64,000 nt of DNA from Candidatus Fermentibacterota bacterium (GCA_963845085.1 CAWJQI010000001.1:320001-384000), one strand, 5' to 3'; shown: positions 37,212 through 48,114, numbered from the stretch's first letter. The notes: generated from the sequence alone by a model not told the origin. A program made the numbers and translations.

Positions 37212-38489
37212 TCAGGGAACTACCGGGGCGAGGGCCTTCCTTCTCTTCGCGCTGTGACGGAGGAAGAGAATACCCGCAGCAAGGAAAAACCCGGCGGACA
37301 TTGCAAAGTTCGCGGTGTAGCTGGCAAGCTGCATGACAGCGCTTCCCAGCACCGGGGCCACGAAGCCCCGCAGAGCGGTTGCGGTCACATGAAAGCCCTG
37401 GTACGTGGCGGCCTTCCCCTCGGGTGCAAAATGCATGCTGCTCATGTTCCATGACACCTGCACCCCCGCCATGCCGGCGGAGTAGAGAAGCCACGCCCCG
37501 TAGAAGAGCACGACCCCCCATTGAGGAAAAATGCTGGACGCAACCAGCAGGAGCGGATAGCCCGCCAGTATGAGGCACATGTGCCCGGTAAAGCGGAAGG
37601 GTCGAATCCTCTCCAGCCCCGCACCCAGAAGGGGCCCGAGGAACACCAGACCAAGCTGCCCGAGAACGCCCTTCGCGGTTGCGTACTGCTCGTACGAGAG
37701 GTGAAGCACCTCCCGGGCGAAGAACGGAATGGCGGGCTGGATGCCCATGAAGCCGAAACCGTAAAGCATGAAGAAGGCCTCGAACAGAACGAACTCCCGG
37801 TCCGCGCGGAAGATCGTCTTCAATCCTGCGATCATCTCCCTGATCGAGGCCGACTGCGTGGTGTCGGTGTTGCGGAGCCCCCTGACCATCAAGGCCATGA
37901 AAAGGGCCTGCCCGGCTCCGAAAATGCCCTCGACGAAGAAGAGCCACCTGTAAAACGAGAAATCGGCATCGAGAAGGGCTCCCGCCAGAATGCTTGCGGG
38001 AAGGCTCACAAGGTTGAAGAGGCTCATCCCCCAGCCGAACAGGATGCCCCTGTTGCCCTTCCTGTAGCGGTGCCTGAACGCGGCGTTCATGCCGGGGATG
38101 ACTACGCTGTTCGATCCGAAGTACAGGAGCAGGAGGAGCAGCATGGTGTTAACGCTGGAGGAAAAAAGCATCAGTCCAACGGCGAGCCTCATGCAGGCGC
38201 CGACCAGCATGGCGCGGAAATGGCTGTTCGTGCTGTCAAGCCAGTGGCTTGCCAGAACGCTGAAAAGGTTGCTTACCGGCCATATCATGGCCAGCACTGT
38301 GATCTGGGTTACCGAGGCCCCGAGGCCGTTCCCCGCGATGTAGTCGTGGTTGAGAACCACGCCTGATGCCACCGCCCCGAGGGCCTGGCTTATCATGTGA
38401 AGCCTGAAGGCCCTTTTCTCACCGGGTTTGAGAGGGACCTTCAGGAACTTCACGATGCGGGACCCGAAGCCCGGGCCCTCCGCAAACAT
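37212..38489 (-). CDS. MFS transporter
   Basis: About 12 hydrophobic segments in two halves; RG..FG and RG..AP..G motifs. Confidence 0.85.
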   Translation of the reverse strand: MFAEGPGFGSRIVKFLKVPLKPGEKRAFRLHMISQALGAVASGVVLNHDYIAGNGLGASVTQITVLAMIWPVSNLFSVLASHWLDSTNSHFRAMLVGACMRLAVGLMLFSSSVNTMLLLLLLYFGSNSVVIPGMNAAFRHRYRKGNRGILFGWGMSLFNLVSLPASILAGALLDADFSFYRWLFFVEGIFGAGQALFMALMVRGLRNTDTTQSASIREMIAGLKTIFRADREFVLFEAFFMLYGFGFMGIQPAIPFFAREVLHLSYEQYATAKGVLGQLGLVFLGPLLGAGLERIRPFRFTGHMCLILAGYPLLLVASSIFPQWGVVLFYGAWLLYSAGMAGVQVSWNMSSMHFAPEGKAATYQGFHVTATALRGFVAPVLGSAVMQLASYTANFAMSAGFFLAAGILFLRHSAKRRKALAPVVP

Positions 38490-38492
38490 CTG

Positions 38493-39110
38493 CTATTCCT
38501 CCCTCAGAATGCCCGCTTTCCCAAGGTGGACCACTACGGCTTCCACCGATTCTTCCGGTGTCTGAAGGTGTGTATGAAGCACCAGTTCCGGTTTCTCCGG
38601 AACCTCGTAGGGCGCGTCGATTCCTGTGAACTCCTTGATGAGGCCGGCCCTTGCCTTCTTGTAGAGCCCCTTGGGGTCGCGCTCCTCGACCACTTCAAGG
38701 GGTGCGTGGACGAACACCTCGATGAAATCGCCCTCCCCCTGAATTCTTCTCGCGCTGTCCCTGTCGGAGGAGTAGGGGCTGATGAAGGCCACCATGTTGA
38801 TGATGCCGAAGCTGGTCAGAAGCTTTGCGACCTCGGCGATGCGGCGGATGTTCTCGGTGCGGTCCTCCGGGCTGAAGCCCAGGTCGCAGTTGAGACCGTG
38901 ACGGATGTTGTCGCCGTCGAGAACAGCGGTGTGCACTCCCATTGAATGCAGCCTCGCGGCGAGCATGTCGGCAATGGTGGACTTGCCGCTTCCGGAAAGG
39001 CCGGTGAGCCAGATCGTGGCCCCCCTGTGCCTGTTGAGGGCCTCCCTTTCAGGTCTGCCGACCGTCTGTTCCCTCCATGTGAGATTATTGGTGGTGGAGC
39101 ATGTCTTCAC
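38493..39110 (-). CDS. cysC: Adenylyl-sulfate (APS) kinase
   Basis: WLTGLSGSGKSTIA, LDGDNIRHGL, DLGFS..DR.ENIRR, RDPKGLYKKA, FTGIDAPYE. Confidence 0.97.
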   Translation of the reverse strand: MKTCSTTNNLTWREQTVGRPEREALNRHRGATIWLTGLSGSGKSTIADMLAARLHSMGVHTAVLDGDNIRHGLNCDLGFSPEDRTENIRRIAEVAKLLTSFGIINMVAFISPYSSDRDSARRIQGEGDFIEVFVHAPLEVVEERDPKGLYKKARAGLIKEFTGIDAPYEVPEKPELVLHTHLQTPEESVEAVVVHLGKAGILREE

Positions 39111-40405
39111 TTGGATCCGCCTTCCAGTTCCATTTTTTCTACCGCTTCAAGAAGCTTGCCGGTGTCAACGGCTCTGCCGGCCCTGGATGAAGCCAGGGCC
39201 TTGACCAGGGACTCCATCGGCATGAAGCCCGAGCGCCTGAGGAAGTGCGCGGCGCACAGAAGAGAGGCGCTTCTGGCGCCCAGCGGCGCCCTGTAGTCCC
39301 TTTCAACGACCGCCGCCTTCGTTTCGGGCCTTGCGAGCGCCGAGTCGATGAACAGGGTGCCGCCCGTCAATTTTCTCGAGCCTCGGAAGTGCCTTGTCAC
39401 GGCCCTCGACAGAGGTGACGAGAGCGGCGTCTATCGATGTGATGCCGGTGTAATGTATCTCTTCGGTCGATATGATCACTTCGGCAAGGGAGAATCCCAC
39501 GCCGACCGTGACGGGGTAGCTGCCCTTCTTCGTCACGAACAGGCCGCACGAGATGGCGGCCTGGGCGAGCAGCTCGGCCGTGGACTGAACGCCCTCTCCG
39601 GCCGACCCGGCAAGGATGATGGACACCTTCCCGGAGAGGCTGTGGTCGAACTCCTTCAGGGGCATCGGCACATCCTGAGCAGTGATTCGGTGTTCTCGCG
39701 GACCGCCGGCTGGAACGCCCGGGCTGAATCGTTTCTGAGAACAACGGGATCGAGCCCGGCCCCCTCGGTTATCTCCGGAAGCTTCCGACCCGGGTTGAAC
39801 TTGACGCCGTAGCTGGGGCAGAGCTCCACCGCCTCGATAAGGGAGAAACCCTTTATCCTGAAGGCCTCTTCAAGAGCGTCGGTCACGTCGCCCGCAGCAA
39901 GCATCCTGCGCGCATAGGATGCGCCGATTCCGTGCACCATCCTGACGAGGTCCATGCCGCTGTCGGGTCTTCCCTCGGGCATGGTCGACGTTTTGAACCC
40001 GCAGGGGGTGAGGCCCGAAGGCTGACCTCCCGTCATGCCGTAGAGCATGTTGTTGTGCACGATGACAGTCATGTCGATGTTCCTGTGGGCGGCCTCGATG
40101 ATGTGATGGAGCCCGATCGTGGCGCCGCCGTCGCCGAGGAGAACCAGTATCTTCTTTTCAGGGTTCGAAAGCCCCATGGAGATGCCGGTTGCGAGCGCGA
40201 CAGACCTTCCGTGAAGGCCGTGGACCGTGTGGGAGTGGAACTGCTTGTCGATGATACCTATGCATCCGATGTCGGTCACAACGACAAGGTCGAGCGGGTT
40301 CAGATTCGGAAGCCTTTGCAGGGCCTTCTCGATGCATCGCGCTATAAGCCCGTGGCCGCAGCCCGAGCAGAACGGAAGGTTTTCGGTGGACAGGAATGAT
40401 GTCAT
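39107..40405 (-). pseudogene. 2-oxoacid:ferredoxin oxidoreductase beta-gamma fusion, two frameshifts (about 39674 and 39370)
   Basis: Beta part FCSGCGHG, TDIGC, GDGG...HNNMLYGMTGGQ; gamma part AGSAGEGVQS in the next frame; last part in 39107-39400. Both breaks are at homopolymers and are probably sequencing errors. Confidence 0.88.
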
Positions 40406-41514
40406 CGCTCCACCTCCGCTTCTATCTCGGTCGGGGAAATGAGCCTGCCGATACCGTTGACCCCCGATACACCCTTCCTGCCGTTCTTTCCGAAGAGGAT
40501 CTCGCGGTACTGGCCGCCCTGGTTCTCCTCGGCGATGATCACGCGGGAGTACCGGTTCATTATCTCCGTGTACTCGGGTGGAACCGGAAAAAGCGTTTTC
40601 GCGGTCAGCAATGATACGGGCCTGCCCCTTTTCCGGAGGGATGCGGCCGCTTCCCTCGCAGCGGCTGCCGTAATGCCGAACGAGAAAAGAAGAGTGTCGG
40701 ATTCGACCCGGTCGTATTCGAAGAAGGTGTATTCGGGAAGGTTGTGCTCGGTCTTGAAGCGAAGCCTTCTGGTGTTCTCCAGTGCTTCCGGGGTGGAATG
40801 CTGAAGGCTTGCGTTCTTCTCGTGGGTGCTCGCGGTGAGCCTCACCTGGTGCCGGGTGCCGCCAACGGGCAGGAAGGGAGGAACGCCGTCGGGACCGGCC
40901 GCATACGGGAGGTAGGTCTCCTCCCCCTGGTAGAACACCCTCGGGACCTTCTCAACGGGCGATATCCGGTTCAGGTCGTAGCTCTGAAGGGTCATCACCA
41001 TCTCCTTCGAGGAGAGGAGGAAGACCGGGCAGCGGAGCCGGAGCGCGAGCTTCACGGCCTCGGCGGAAAGGTTGTAGCAGTCGTCGAGGTTCGACGGGCA
41101 GAGCGTTGGAACGGGCTGCCCCCCCGAATTGATGCCGTGAAGAAGGGAAAGGTCGCCCTGGGCGCCGCACGTGGCCGTTCCAGTCGCAGGGCCGAGCCGC
41201 TGCGCAAGGATGATGACCATGGGAAGCTCCATCATGAAGGCCATCCCGATAGATTCGATCATCAGGGCAAGCCCGGGGTACGATGTGGCGGTGACGGGAA
41301 TGCGCCCGGCTGCGGAAAAACCGCTCATCCACTGCAGGGTGGTGATCTCGTCAGGGGCGGGAAGCACCATTGGAAAACGGCGGCTGGAATAGGCGTAGAG
41401 AAGGTTCGCGGGCGTAATGGGATAGCCGACGAACACATCCGCGCCTGCTTCAACCGCGGCCTCGATGATGAGCCTTGATCCGTCGATGAAGGCTGTTCTT
41501 GAAGCGGTCGCCAT
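40402..41514 (-). CDS. 2-oxoacid:ferredoxin oxidoreductase alpha subunit
   Basis: GYPITPA, DEI, TATSYPG..LMIE, QR.GPATG, QGD, EEN.G. Confidence 0.93.
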   Translation of the reverse strand: MATASRTAFIDGSRLIIEAAVEAGADVFVGYPITPANLLYAYSSRRFPMVLPAPDEITTLQWMSGFSAAGRIPVTATSYPGLALMIESIGMAFMMELPMVIILAQRLGPATGTATCGAQGDLSLLHGINSGGQPVPTLCPSNLDDCYNLSAEAVKLALRLRCPVFLLSSKEMVMTLQSYDLNRISPVEKVPRVFYQGEETYLPYAAGPDGVPPFLPVGGTRHQVRLTASTHEKNASLQHSTPEALENTRRLRFKTEHNLPEYTFFEYDRVESDTLLFSFGITAAAAREAAASLRKRGRPVSLLTAKTLFPVPPEYTEIMNRYSRVIIAEENQGGQYREILFGKNGRKGVSGVNGIGRLISPTEIEAEVER

Positions 41515-41515
41515 G

Positions 41516-42941
41516 TCAGGCCTTCCTTCGGAACAACCTGTCTCCCAACGTTGAGAGCAGGATGACCACAAGCGTTGTCAACACGGCGCCGTAGGTTTTG
41601 TCCATCTCGAACCATCCCCGCTGCTGCGCGATCATGGTAACGAAGACGGCCACCGTGCCGATTATGAAGGAGAGTTTCACTCCCAGCGGGGTGACGATTC
41701 TGCGGAAGTAGAGCCCCGACACGATGACGATGGCCCCGATTGCCCTGATGGCGTAGGAGATGTACGCCGTGTCGAGCACTGCGCCCTTGAGGAAGATGGC
41801 CAGCGGGACGGTGATGAGGCTGACAAGAACAACAAGCTTCCGTGCGGTTGAGATGATCTTGGCGTCGTCGGCCTTCTTGTTGATCAGCCCGTGGTAGATG
41901 TCCTTCGCAGCAATCGTCACCACGGCGAAGTTCACCGGGCCAACAGTGGAAAGGATCGCTGCAAGAACTCCCGCGAGGGCAAGACCGCCAAGCACGGGCG
42001 GATGAAGGCGGGGGTCTGAAGAAGGGTTGGAAGTGCTGTCTTGGCCGTAAGGCCTCGACGCCTTCGGGGAAGAAAAGCCCGGTTCGGGCGTAAAGGCCAA
42101 GGAATGCCGTCATTACGCCAAAGGGCGCAACGATGAGACCCGCGAGCATGGACGCCTTCCGGGCGGTCTTCACGTCCTTCGCGGCGAATACGGGCTGTAT
42201 GCTTGCCTGGGCAGCCATGCCTCCCAGAAGCCCGCCCACAAGAAGGGCAATGGCGGCATTGGTTCCGGCGCTGAAGGGGTTGTAAAGGTTCTGCGGGGCG
42301 CCAAGGGAGATCAGGGTATCGGAGAGCCCAGAGAAGCCACCGACCTTTCCCAGACCGATGAAGAAGGCTATCCCGAGCCCCACGAACATCGTGACCAGGT
42401 ACAGGATGCCGGTTATTGCAAGGGCGTGCATGCCGCCCATGTAGGTGTAGATCATGATAAGACCCGCCGAGATAACAACGGCCCAGTTCCAGCTGACGCC
42501 GAACAGGGGCGCCATGACGCTGGCACATGTCTGCAGCTGCACGTAGGCAAGGGTGATGTAGGCGATCAGGAAGGCCACGGCGCTGACCGAGCGGGCCTGG
42601 CTTCCGAAGAGGGTCTCAATCATCTCGCTCACGGTATGAACGTCCTTTCGGCGGTAGTGGGCCGCCACGGTGAACCCGATCACGATCATGCCGATCGCTG
42701 TGGAGATGTTGTAGAAGATGGGCTGCAGGGAAAGGGTGTTGAAGGCCCTTTCGCTGACGCCGATGGTGCTCATCCCCCCGAGCCATTCCGCCGCAACCAC
42801 GACGGCGCATACCATCGTGCCAAGGTTTCTTCCGGCGACCAGGTAGTCACTGGCGGATTTGCTGGCCACCTTCCTGGTGAGAAGGCCCATGCCCACCACC
42901 AGTACGAAATAGCCAAGGATGATTATGGCATAGATATTCAT
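41516..42941 (-). pseudogene. Sodium:solute symporter (SSS), two frameshifts (about 42052 and 42000)
   Basis: DYLVAGR, YTYMGGM, AAKD...ARK, LAAILST. The joined reading FPEGVE-LTAKTALPTLLQTPAFI-PPVLGG needs two single-base restorations in short homopolymers. Confidence 0.88.
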
Positions 42942-42975
42942 TTGGCCCGCCTTGCTATGTTGAATAAACGAACAT

Positions 42976-43905
42976 TCAGTCCGATGTGAGGGGTTTGCCT
43001 TCGGCGATAGCCCTGGCCATCGCCATGGAGTTAAGCCTGTTCCTGCCGTCGTCGGAACGCGAGTTCAGGACGGCCGGAACTTTTGCACCGAAGACCAGCC
43101 CTCCCCATATGGCGTCGCCGTGGAACTTGTAGCTCTTGCCAAGCGAATTCGCGGTTTCGAGGTTGGGTGCAAGGATCATGTCCGGCGAGCCGCAGACGGC
43201 CGATCCGGCCATGCCCTTTGTCGCCGCGCACTCGGCGGAGATTGCGGCGTCATACCCCATCGGGCCTTCCACGGTGAAACCCTTGATCTGCCCCCGGAGC
43301 GACATGACGGCAAGGGCGGCTGCGTCGACCGTTGCCTGCATCTTGGGGTTGACCGTTTCGACCGCGGCCAGGGCTGCCACCTTCACGGGTCTTATGCCAA
43401 GTGCGTTCCAAAGGGGCCGTGTGTTCTCGATGACCGCGGCTTTCTCCGAAAGCGTGGGGGTGATGAGGATGGCATTGTCGGTCATCGCAAGAAGCTTCGG
43501 ATAGGAGGGCATCTCGAAGAGGCTGAGGTTGGACAGCACCGAGGAGGCTTTTATGCCGGTCTCGGAATCGAGAATGGCCTTAATGTAGGCTTCGGACTTC
43601 ACGCTGCCTTTGACCAGAATAAGGGCCCCGCTCTCCCGAACTGCCCTTACCGCCAGAGCGCTCATGAGCTGGTCGGTGGCGGCGGGTATGATCTCGTACA
43701 TGGACGGATCGTCGCCCGAGGCGCACACGGCCTTCTCAACTGCTTCGCCGGGGCCAGTAACGAAGCACCTCCCGATGAAGCCGAGTTCATGGCCTTCGCG
43801 AAGACTTGCCATCACGCGGTCGTCCGCGGCTCCGGCCACCGCCACCGGGACCGGCGACAGCGAGCTGACTGCGCTTATCAGTTCCCTGAAGCTCTTGATG
43901 CCCAT
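42976..43905 (-). CDS. ptb: Phosphate acyltransferase (phosphate butyryltransferase family)
   Basis: VAVAGA.D, LVKG, TD.A....P.L.EK, AVETVNPKM..T.DA, GP...D.AIS, P.LE.AN..K, SRSD. Confidence 0.88.
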   Translation of the reverse strand: MGIKSFRELISAVSSLSPVPVAVAGAADDRVMASLREGHELGFIGRCFVTGPGEAVEKAVCASGDDPSMYEIIPAATDQLMSALAVRAVRESGALILVKGSVKSEAYIKAILDSETGIKASSVLSNLSLFEMPSYPKLLAMTDNAILITPTLSEKAAVIENTRPLWNALGIRPVKVAALAAVETVNPKMQATVDAAALAVMSLRGQIKGFTVEGPMGYDAAISAECAATKGMAGSAVCGSPDMILAPNLETANSLGKSYKFHGDAIWGGLVFGAKVPAVLNSRSDDGRNRLNSMAMARAIAEGKPLTSD

Positions 43906-43915
43906 TTCTCCTCCT

Positions 43916-45085
43916 TCAGCCCGCGGTGACGGGGCTGAAATTTCCCTGGTCATCCCTGAAGGGGAACAGGGGGTCGATCTCGCATGCTGAAAGTATGCAC
44001 CCGGGCCACGACAGGGGTGCCTCCGCGCCCCGAAGGACCCGCTGGATGCTTGATGCAATGGCCTCGTTCTCGTTCTCGCCGGGATACATGAACACAGGCG
44101 CGATCCGGGAGCATTTCCTCACGATCTCGCCGGACAGGTGTTTTGCATTCGCCACGCCCCCGGTCACGATTATTCCGTGGAGATCGAAATCGAGGACCGA
44201 GGCCATGGCCCCGATCTCCTTGACGATCTGGTAGATCATGGCATCGTAGATGAACCCTGCGAAGGGTTCGCCCGACTCGGAACGACTGACCATCTCCCTG
44301 ATGTTCTTCGTGCCGAGGTAGGCATACACCCCTCCCGCGCCGTAGAGCTTCCGGTACAGCTGGTCACGGGTGTAGCGCCCCGAAAAGCATGCCTCGAGAA
44401 GCGGGATGGGTGGAATGCCCCCGGCCCTTTCAGGGGTGAACGGCGCGCCCTCCATCCTGTTGTCGCTGTCAATGATCCTTCCGCCTGCAACGGGTGCTAT
44501 CGAATAGCCGCCGCCGAGGTGGCAGGCCACGCACCTTATCTCGTCGAAACCCAGAGAGAGCTCGAGTGCGAGCTTGCGGACGGTGGCCCTGATGTTCAGG
44601 GCATGAACGAACGAAAACCGTGGAAAATCGGGCGAACCTGAAATTCTCGCGATCGGTGCCATTTCGTCCACCCCGACCGGGTCGACCACGAACGCAGGAA
44701 CGCCGAATGTTTCCGCGATTCGGTGCGAGAGGGGCGCTCCGAGGTTTGATGCATGCTGGTAGACGGGTGTGTTCAGGCTGAAGTCTGCGAGTTCGCCGTT
44801 CAGCGCTATCACGCCGCTCGGAACCGGGGGAAGCATCCCCCCGAGAGCACCGATGCCCGCCACCCGCGCTCCCTGGGGAAGACATTCGCGGAAGAAGTCT
44901 CTTACGAGCTGTTCCCGGTAGTCCACCTGGGCGCTGATGGAGCTGAAGCGGTGCACCATGTCATCGGGGTGTTCTATCGTCCTTGATGTAACGTGACAGG
45001 GCTCGAGAGCCCCCGTGTCGCTGTAGATGGAACACTTGGTCGTTGTGGACCCGGTGTTGACAACAAGAATAAGCTCGCCGGTCAC
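43916..45085 (-). CDS. buk: Butyrate/branched-chain acid kinase family protein
   Basis: N.GSTTTK, HASNLGA, VDPV.VDEM, HALN, HLGGG.S, PF.PERAG, TGG.A, YPGENE; GTG start with GGAGG RBS. Confidence 0.9.
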   Translation of the reverse strand: MTGELILVVNTGSTTTKCSIYSDTGALEPCHVTSRTIEHPDDMVHRFSSISAQVDYREQLVRDFFRECLPQGARVAGIGALGGMLPPVPSGVIALNGELADFSLNTPVYQHASNLGAPLSHRIAETFGVPAFVVDPVGVDEMAPIARISGSPDFPRFSFVHALNIRATVRKLALELSLGFDEIRCVACHLGGGYSIAPVAGGRIIDSDNRMEGAPFTPERAGGIPPIPLLEACFSGRYTRDQLYRKLYGAGGVYAYLGTKNIREMVSRSESGEPFAGFIYDAMIYQIVKEIGAMASVLDFDLHGIIVTGGVANAKHLSGEIVRKCSRIAPVFMYPGENENEAIASSIQRVLRGAEAPLSWPGCILSACEIDPLFPFRDDQGNFSPVTAG

Positions 45086-45216
45086 CGATACCTCCCGACT
45101 CCTCGCATTGGCCTGAGACATGCAGTTGCTGCTGAAACGTGAAATTTTTGAATGGCGGTAATATGTTAGTTCACAACGTGAGAAGCATTCTCGAACCGGA
45201 AATGAAAGGAAAGGCA

Positions 45217-46177
45217 ATGATCGACCGCAGCGACATAAGGGAAGAACTGAAGAACTGTCTGGTGGAAACCACAGCTCTGGGACTCCCCAACGGCCGCAAG
45301 GGCAAGGTCAGGGACATCTACGATCTTGGCGACAGGCTCCTCCTGATAACGACGGACAGGCAGAGCGCGTTTGACAGGGTGCTGGCGGCCGTACCCTTCA
45401 AGGGACAGGTCCTGAACATGGTCAGCGCGTGGTGGTTCGAGCGCACCAGACACATCGTTCCCAACCATGTGATCTCCATCCCCCACCCCAACGCCACGCT
45501 CGCGAGGAAGGTCGAGGTCTTCCCGGTCGAGTTCGTCATGAGGGGCTACCTCACGGGCAGCACAAGCACCAGCGCCTGGACCCTCTACAACAAAGGCGAA
45601 CGGAACCTCGGAGGCAACATCCTTCCCGACGGCATGAAGAAGAACCAGAGGTTCCCCGAACCCATAATCACCCCCACCACCAAGAGCGACGAGCACGACG
45701 AGTCCATCACCCCCGAGGGGATAGTGGAGACCGGCCTGATGAGCCGGGAGGACTGGGAGAAGGCTTCGAGCATCGCCTTCAGCCTCTTCCGCTTCGGGAT
45801 GGAAACCGCACGGAAGAACGGCCTTATCCTGGTCGATACCAAGTACGAGATGGGCAAAACCGGGAAGTGGCGAGATCGTCCTCATCGACGAGATCCACAC
45901 CCCGGACAGTTCAAGGTACTGGCTTGCCGAAGGCTACGAGGAACGCTTCGGGAAGGGGCTCGACCCCGAGAACATAGACAAGGAGTTCCTCAGGCTCTGG
46001 TTCCGCGACAACTGCGATCCGTACAACGACGCCGTGCTGCCCGCAGCCCCCGAGGAGCTGGTCGTGGAGCTGTCGAGCAGGTACATCAAGCTCTTCGAGA
46101 TGATAACGGGCAACCAGTTCAAACCCATGACAGGGAACCTGGTCGAGAGTCTTGGGGAGGCCGTTAAGACTATCTGA
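45217..46177 (+). pseudogene. purC: SAICAR synthetase, frameshifted near 45863
   Basis: GKVRDIY, TDRQSAFD, KGQVLN, TPTTK, LVDTKYEMG. Removing one G from ACCGGGAAGT restores EIVLIDEIHTPDSSRYW...DKEFLR to TGA at 46175-46177. Confidence 0.93.
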
Positions 46178-47513
46178 GGAAGACCACCCTCTCCGAAGCC
46201 CTGACCTCACCGGCTTCGAGCACCACGATGTACTGGCCCGCAGGAACCGAGGGGCCGGGCCTCCAGTATGCGGAATGGCCGCCCGCGCCGAGCGGGCCGT
46301 CATGCACCGTTGACACAAGCCTGCCTGAGAGGTCGTACACACGCAGCTTCGCATCCGTCATGCCGGGCAGCTCGAAGGCGATGTTGAGGCTTTCGAAGAA
46401 GGGGCAGGGGCTGAGCGCAAGCATCTCCGGCTGCACCGGGCGGATGGCTGACTCGATCGAGGAAGGTTCGCTGTTGAACGCGTAGTAAAGTGATGAGCTT
46501 CCCGGTTGGGTGGAGTGGAATACCGTGTGGGGTCTTGCCAGCACGTCCAGGGCAAGGTCGGGATCACCCGAATTGTACCCTGCCAGAGCCATTACGCCCT
46601 CGGTCTGCCATCCCTCGCCCTGGTTCACCGAGTATAGGAGCGAATCGCCACCCGCCGAGCAGTGGGCGATGTGCGGGTATCCGAACTGGTCGAGCACGAG
46701 CGAGGTGCCGTATTCACCGGTTCCGGTATCGACAGAGTAGACGGTCTGGATCGTCCAGGTTGACCCTTCGAGAGAGGCATACCTCACCTCCCCCCCCGTG
46801 TTGTACGAGATGTGCGGATTGCCCGAGGCGTCGATGGCAAGCGATGTGCCAATGGGATCGGAGATCATCGCGGTGTCGGCAAAGCATGTCTCCCAGCTCT
46901 CGGAACCGGTGCGCAGCGCGTACTTGACTCCGCTGACCGGCATGCTGCTGCAGTAGGCCGCATGGCTTGCATCGTCACCGTCCACGGCGATGGAGTTGCA
47001 TAAACCGACATCGGCGGCCTGGTCGACTGTCTCGCTCGACCATTCTCCCCCGGTCCGGAACAGGTAGATGAGATCCTCGTTAAATGAGCGAAAACAGATT
47101 CGTGGATCCCCCTGGGAATCGAGGGCGATGGATGTCCAGTCCCCGGAGAAGGAGTATGCGAAGTTTTCCAGCGTCCACTGCCCGCTTCCGGGGTTCCTTG
47201 TGCCGTACATTATGGTTCCCGCGCTGCTGAAGGCTATATGGGGCACGCCGTACGCATCGATGGCAAGGCCCGTGTACTGGCAGCTTCCGTACGTGGGCTG
47301 GAAAATGAAGTCCTCGGTCCACTGGGTGCCGTCGTACTCCGCGTACATCATCCCCACGTACGAGTGGTAGTAGAGGATCCCCGGAAGCCCGGAGGGGTCC
47401 AGTGCTATGGAAGGTGTGACCCCGAACGTGTCGATCAGCTGTACAGACCACTCGGCCTGAGCCATTGAGATGGCGCAGGCAGGAACTGCGAGTGCAAAGA
47501 GCATCCTGTTCAT
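46170..47513 (-). CDS. Secreted beta-propeller repeat protein with T9SS type A-like C-terminal domain
   Basis: Signal peptide; seven S(I/L)ALD..G.PHI repeats; tail P.PF...VYDLSGRLV...PAGQY. Confidence 0.85.
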   Translation of the reverse strand: MNRMLFALAVPACAISMAQAEWSVQLIDTFGVTPSIALDPSGLPGILYYHSYVGMMYAEYDGTQWTEDFIFQPTYGSCQYTGLAIDAYGVPHIAFSSAGTIMYGTRNPGSGQWTLENFAYSFSGDWTSIALDSQGDPRICFRSFNEDLIYLFRTGGEWSSETVDQAADVGLCNSIAVDGDDASHAAYCSSMPVSGVKYALRTGSESWETCFADTAMISDPIGTSLAIDASGNPHISYNTGGEVRYASLEGSTWTIQTVYSVDTGTGEYGTSLVLDQFGYPHIAHCSAGGDSLLYSVNQGEGWQTEGVMALAGYNSGDPDLALDVLARPHTVFHSTQPGSSSLYYAFNSEPSSIESAIRPVQPEMLALSPCPFFESLNIAFELPGMTDAKLRVYDLSGRLVSTVHDGPLGAGGHSAYWRPGPSVPAGQYIVVLEAGEVRASERVVFLR

Positions 47514-47570
47514 GGCCGATGCCTCCATTCCCGTCGGATTAGCGCCTGTTATCAAAGAATTTCGTCAAGT

Positions 47571-47599
47571 ACAATATCTGCAACGACAGACAGGGTCAA
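47571..47599 (-). promoter_or_regulatory. Sigma70 promoter
   Basis: Minus strand TTGACC-N17-TATTGT upstream of 47513. Confidence 0.6.
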
Positions 47600-47634
47600 C
47601 CATTTTGTTCAGTGCGGAATGATCTGCGCTGCGT

Positions 47635-48114
47635 TCAGTTGACGTCGCCCAGGTAGACGGCACGGGCTGGGAGCGGCATGGCGAGAAGCTTCCTCAAGGC
47701 CGAGGGGTAGAGCATGTGCCCGGCAAGTTCAGCGAGGGGGATCCATGAGATTCCCTTCTGAAACGAGTCGGGGTTTTCGCCCATAACAGGGCTGGAGCCG
47801 TGAGGAAGGCTGCACCTGAACATAAGTTCGAGCTGGTGCGCATCGCCGTCGGTCGAGGCGAACTCGTGATGCGCGGCTATGTAGTCCCTTATGAAAAGCA
47901 GCCGGCCCATTACCACACCGGTGCCGATCTCTTCAGTGCACTCCCTCTGAAGGGCTTCCTCCAGGGTTTCCCCGTGGGTCTGACCGCCACCGGGAAGAAT
48001 GTACCAGTCGCCCTGTTCACCCTGGTTTCGAACGAGGAGGACCCGCCCCTTTGAAATGATGACGGCTTTCACGGAAACCCTGACCGGGCGGGGACCCTGG
48101 CCGAAGGGTTTCAC
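47635..48114 (-). CDS. NUDIX hydrolase
   Basis: Nudix box PGGGQTHGETLEEALQRECTEEIG. Confidence 0.93.
   Translation of the reverse strand: MKPFGQGPRPVRVSVKAVIISKGRVLLVRNQGEQGDWYILPGGGQTHGETLEEALQRECTEEIGTGVVMGRLLFIRDYIAAHHEFASTDGDAHQLELMFRCSLPHGSSPVMGENPDSFQKGISWIPLAELAGHMLYPSALRKLLAMPLPARAVYLGDVN

Noticed and set aside
45137..45177. Rex operator between buk and purC
   Set aside because: Only half-site matches (TTCACAA, GTGAA), with no complete TTGTGAA-N4-TTCACAA.
39107..45900. Programmed ribosomal frameshifting
   Set aside because: Shifts go in both directions, lack canonical slippery heptamers, and hit genes not known to be recoded; sequencing error is more parsimonious.
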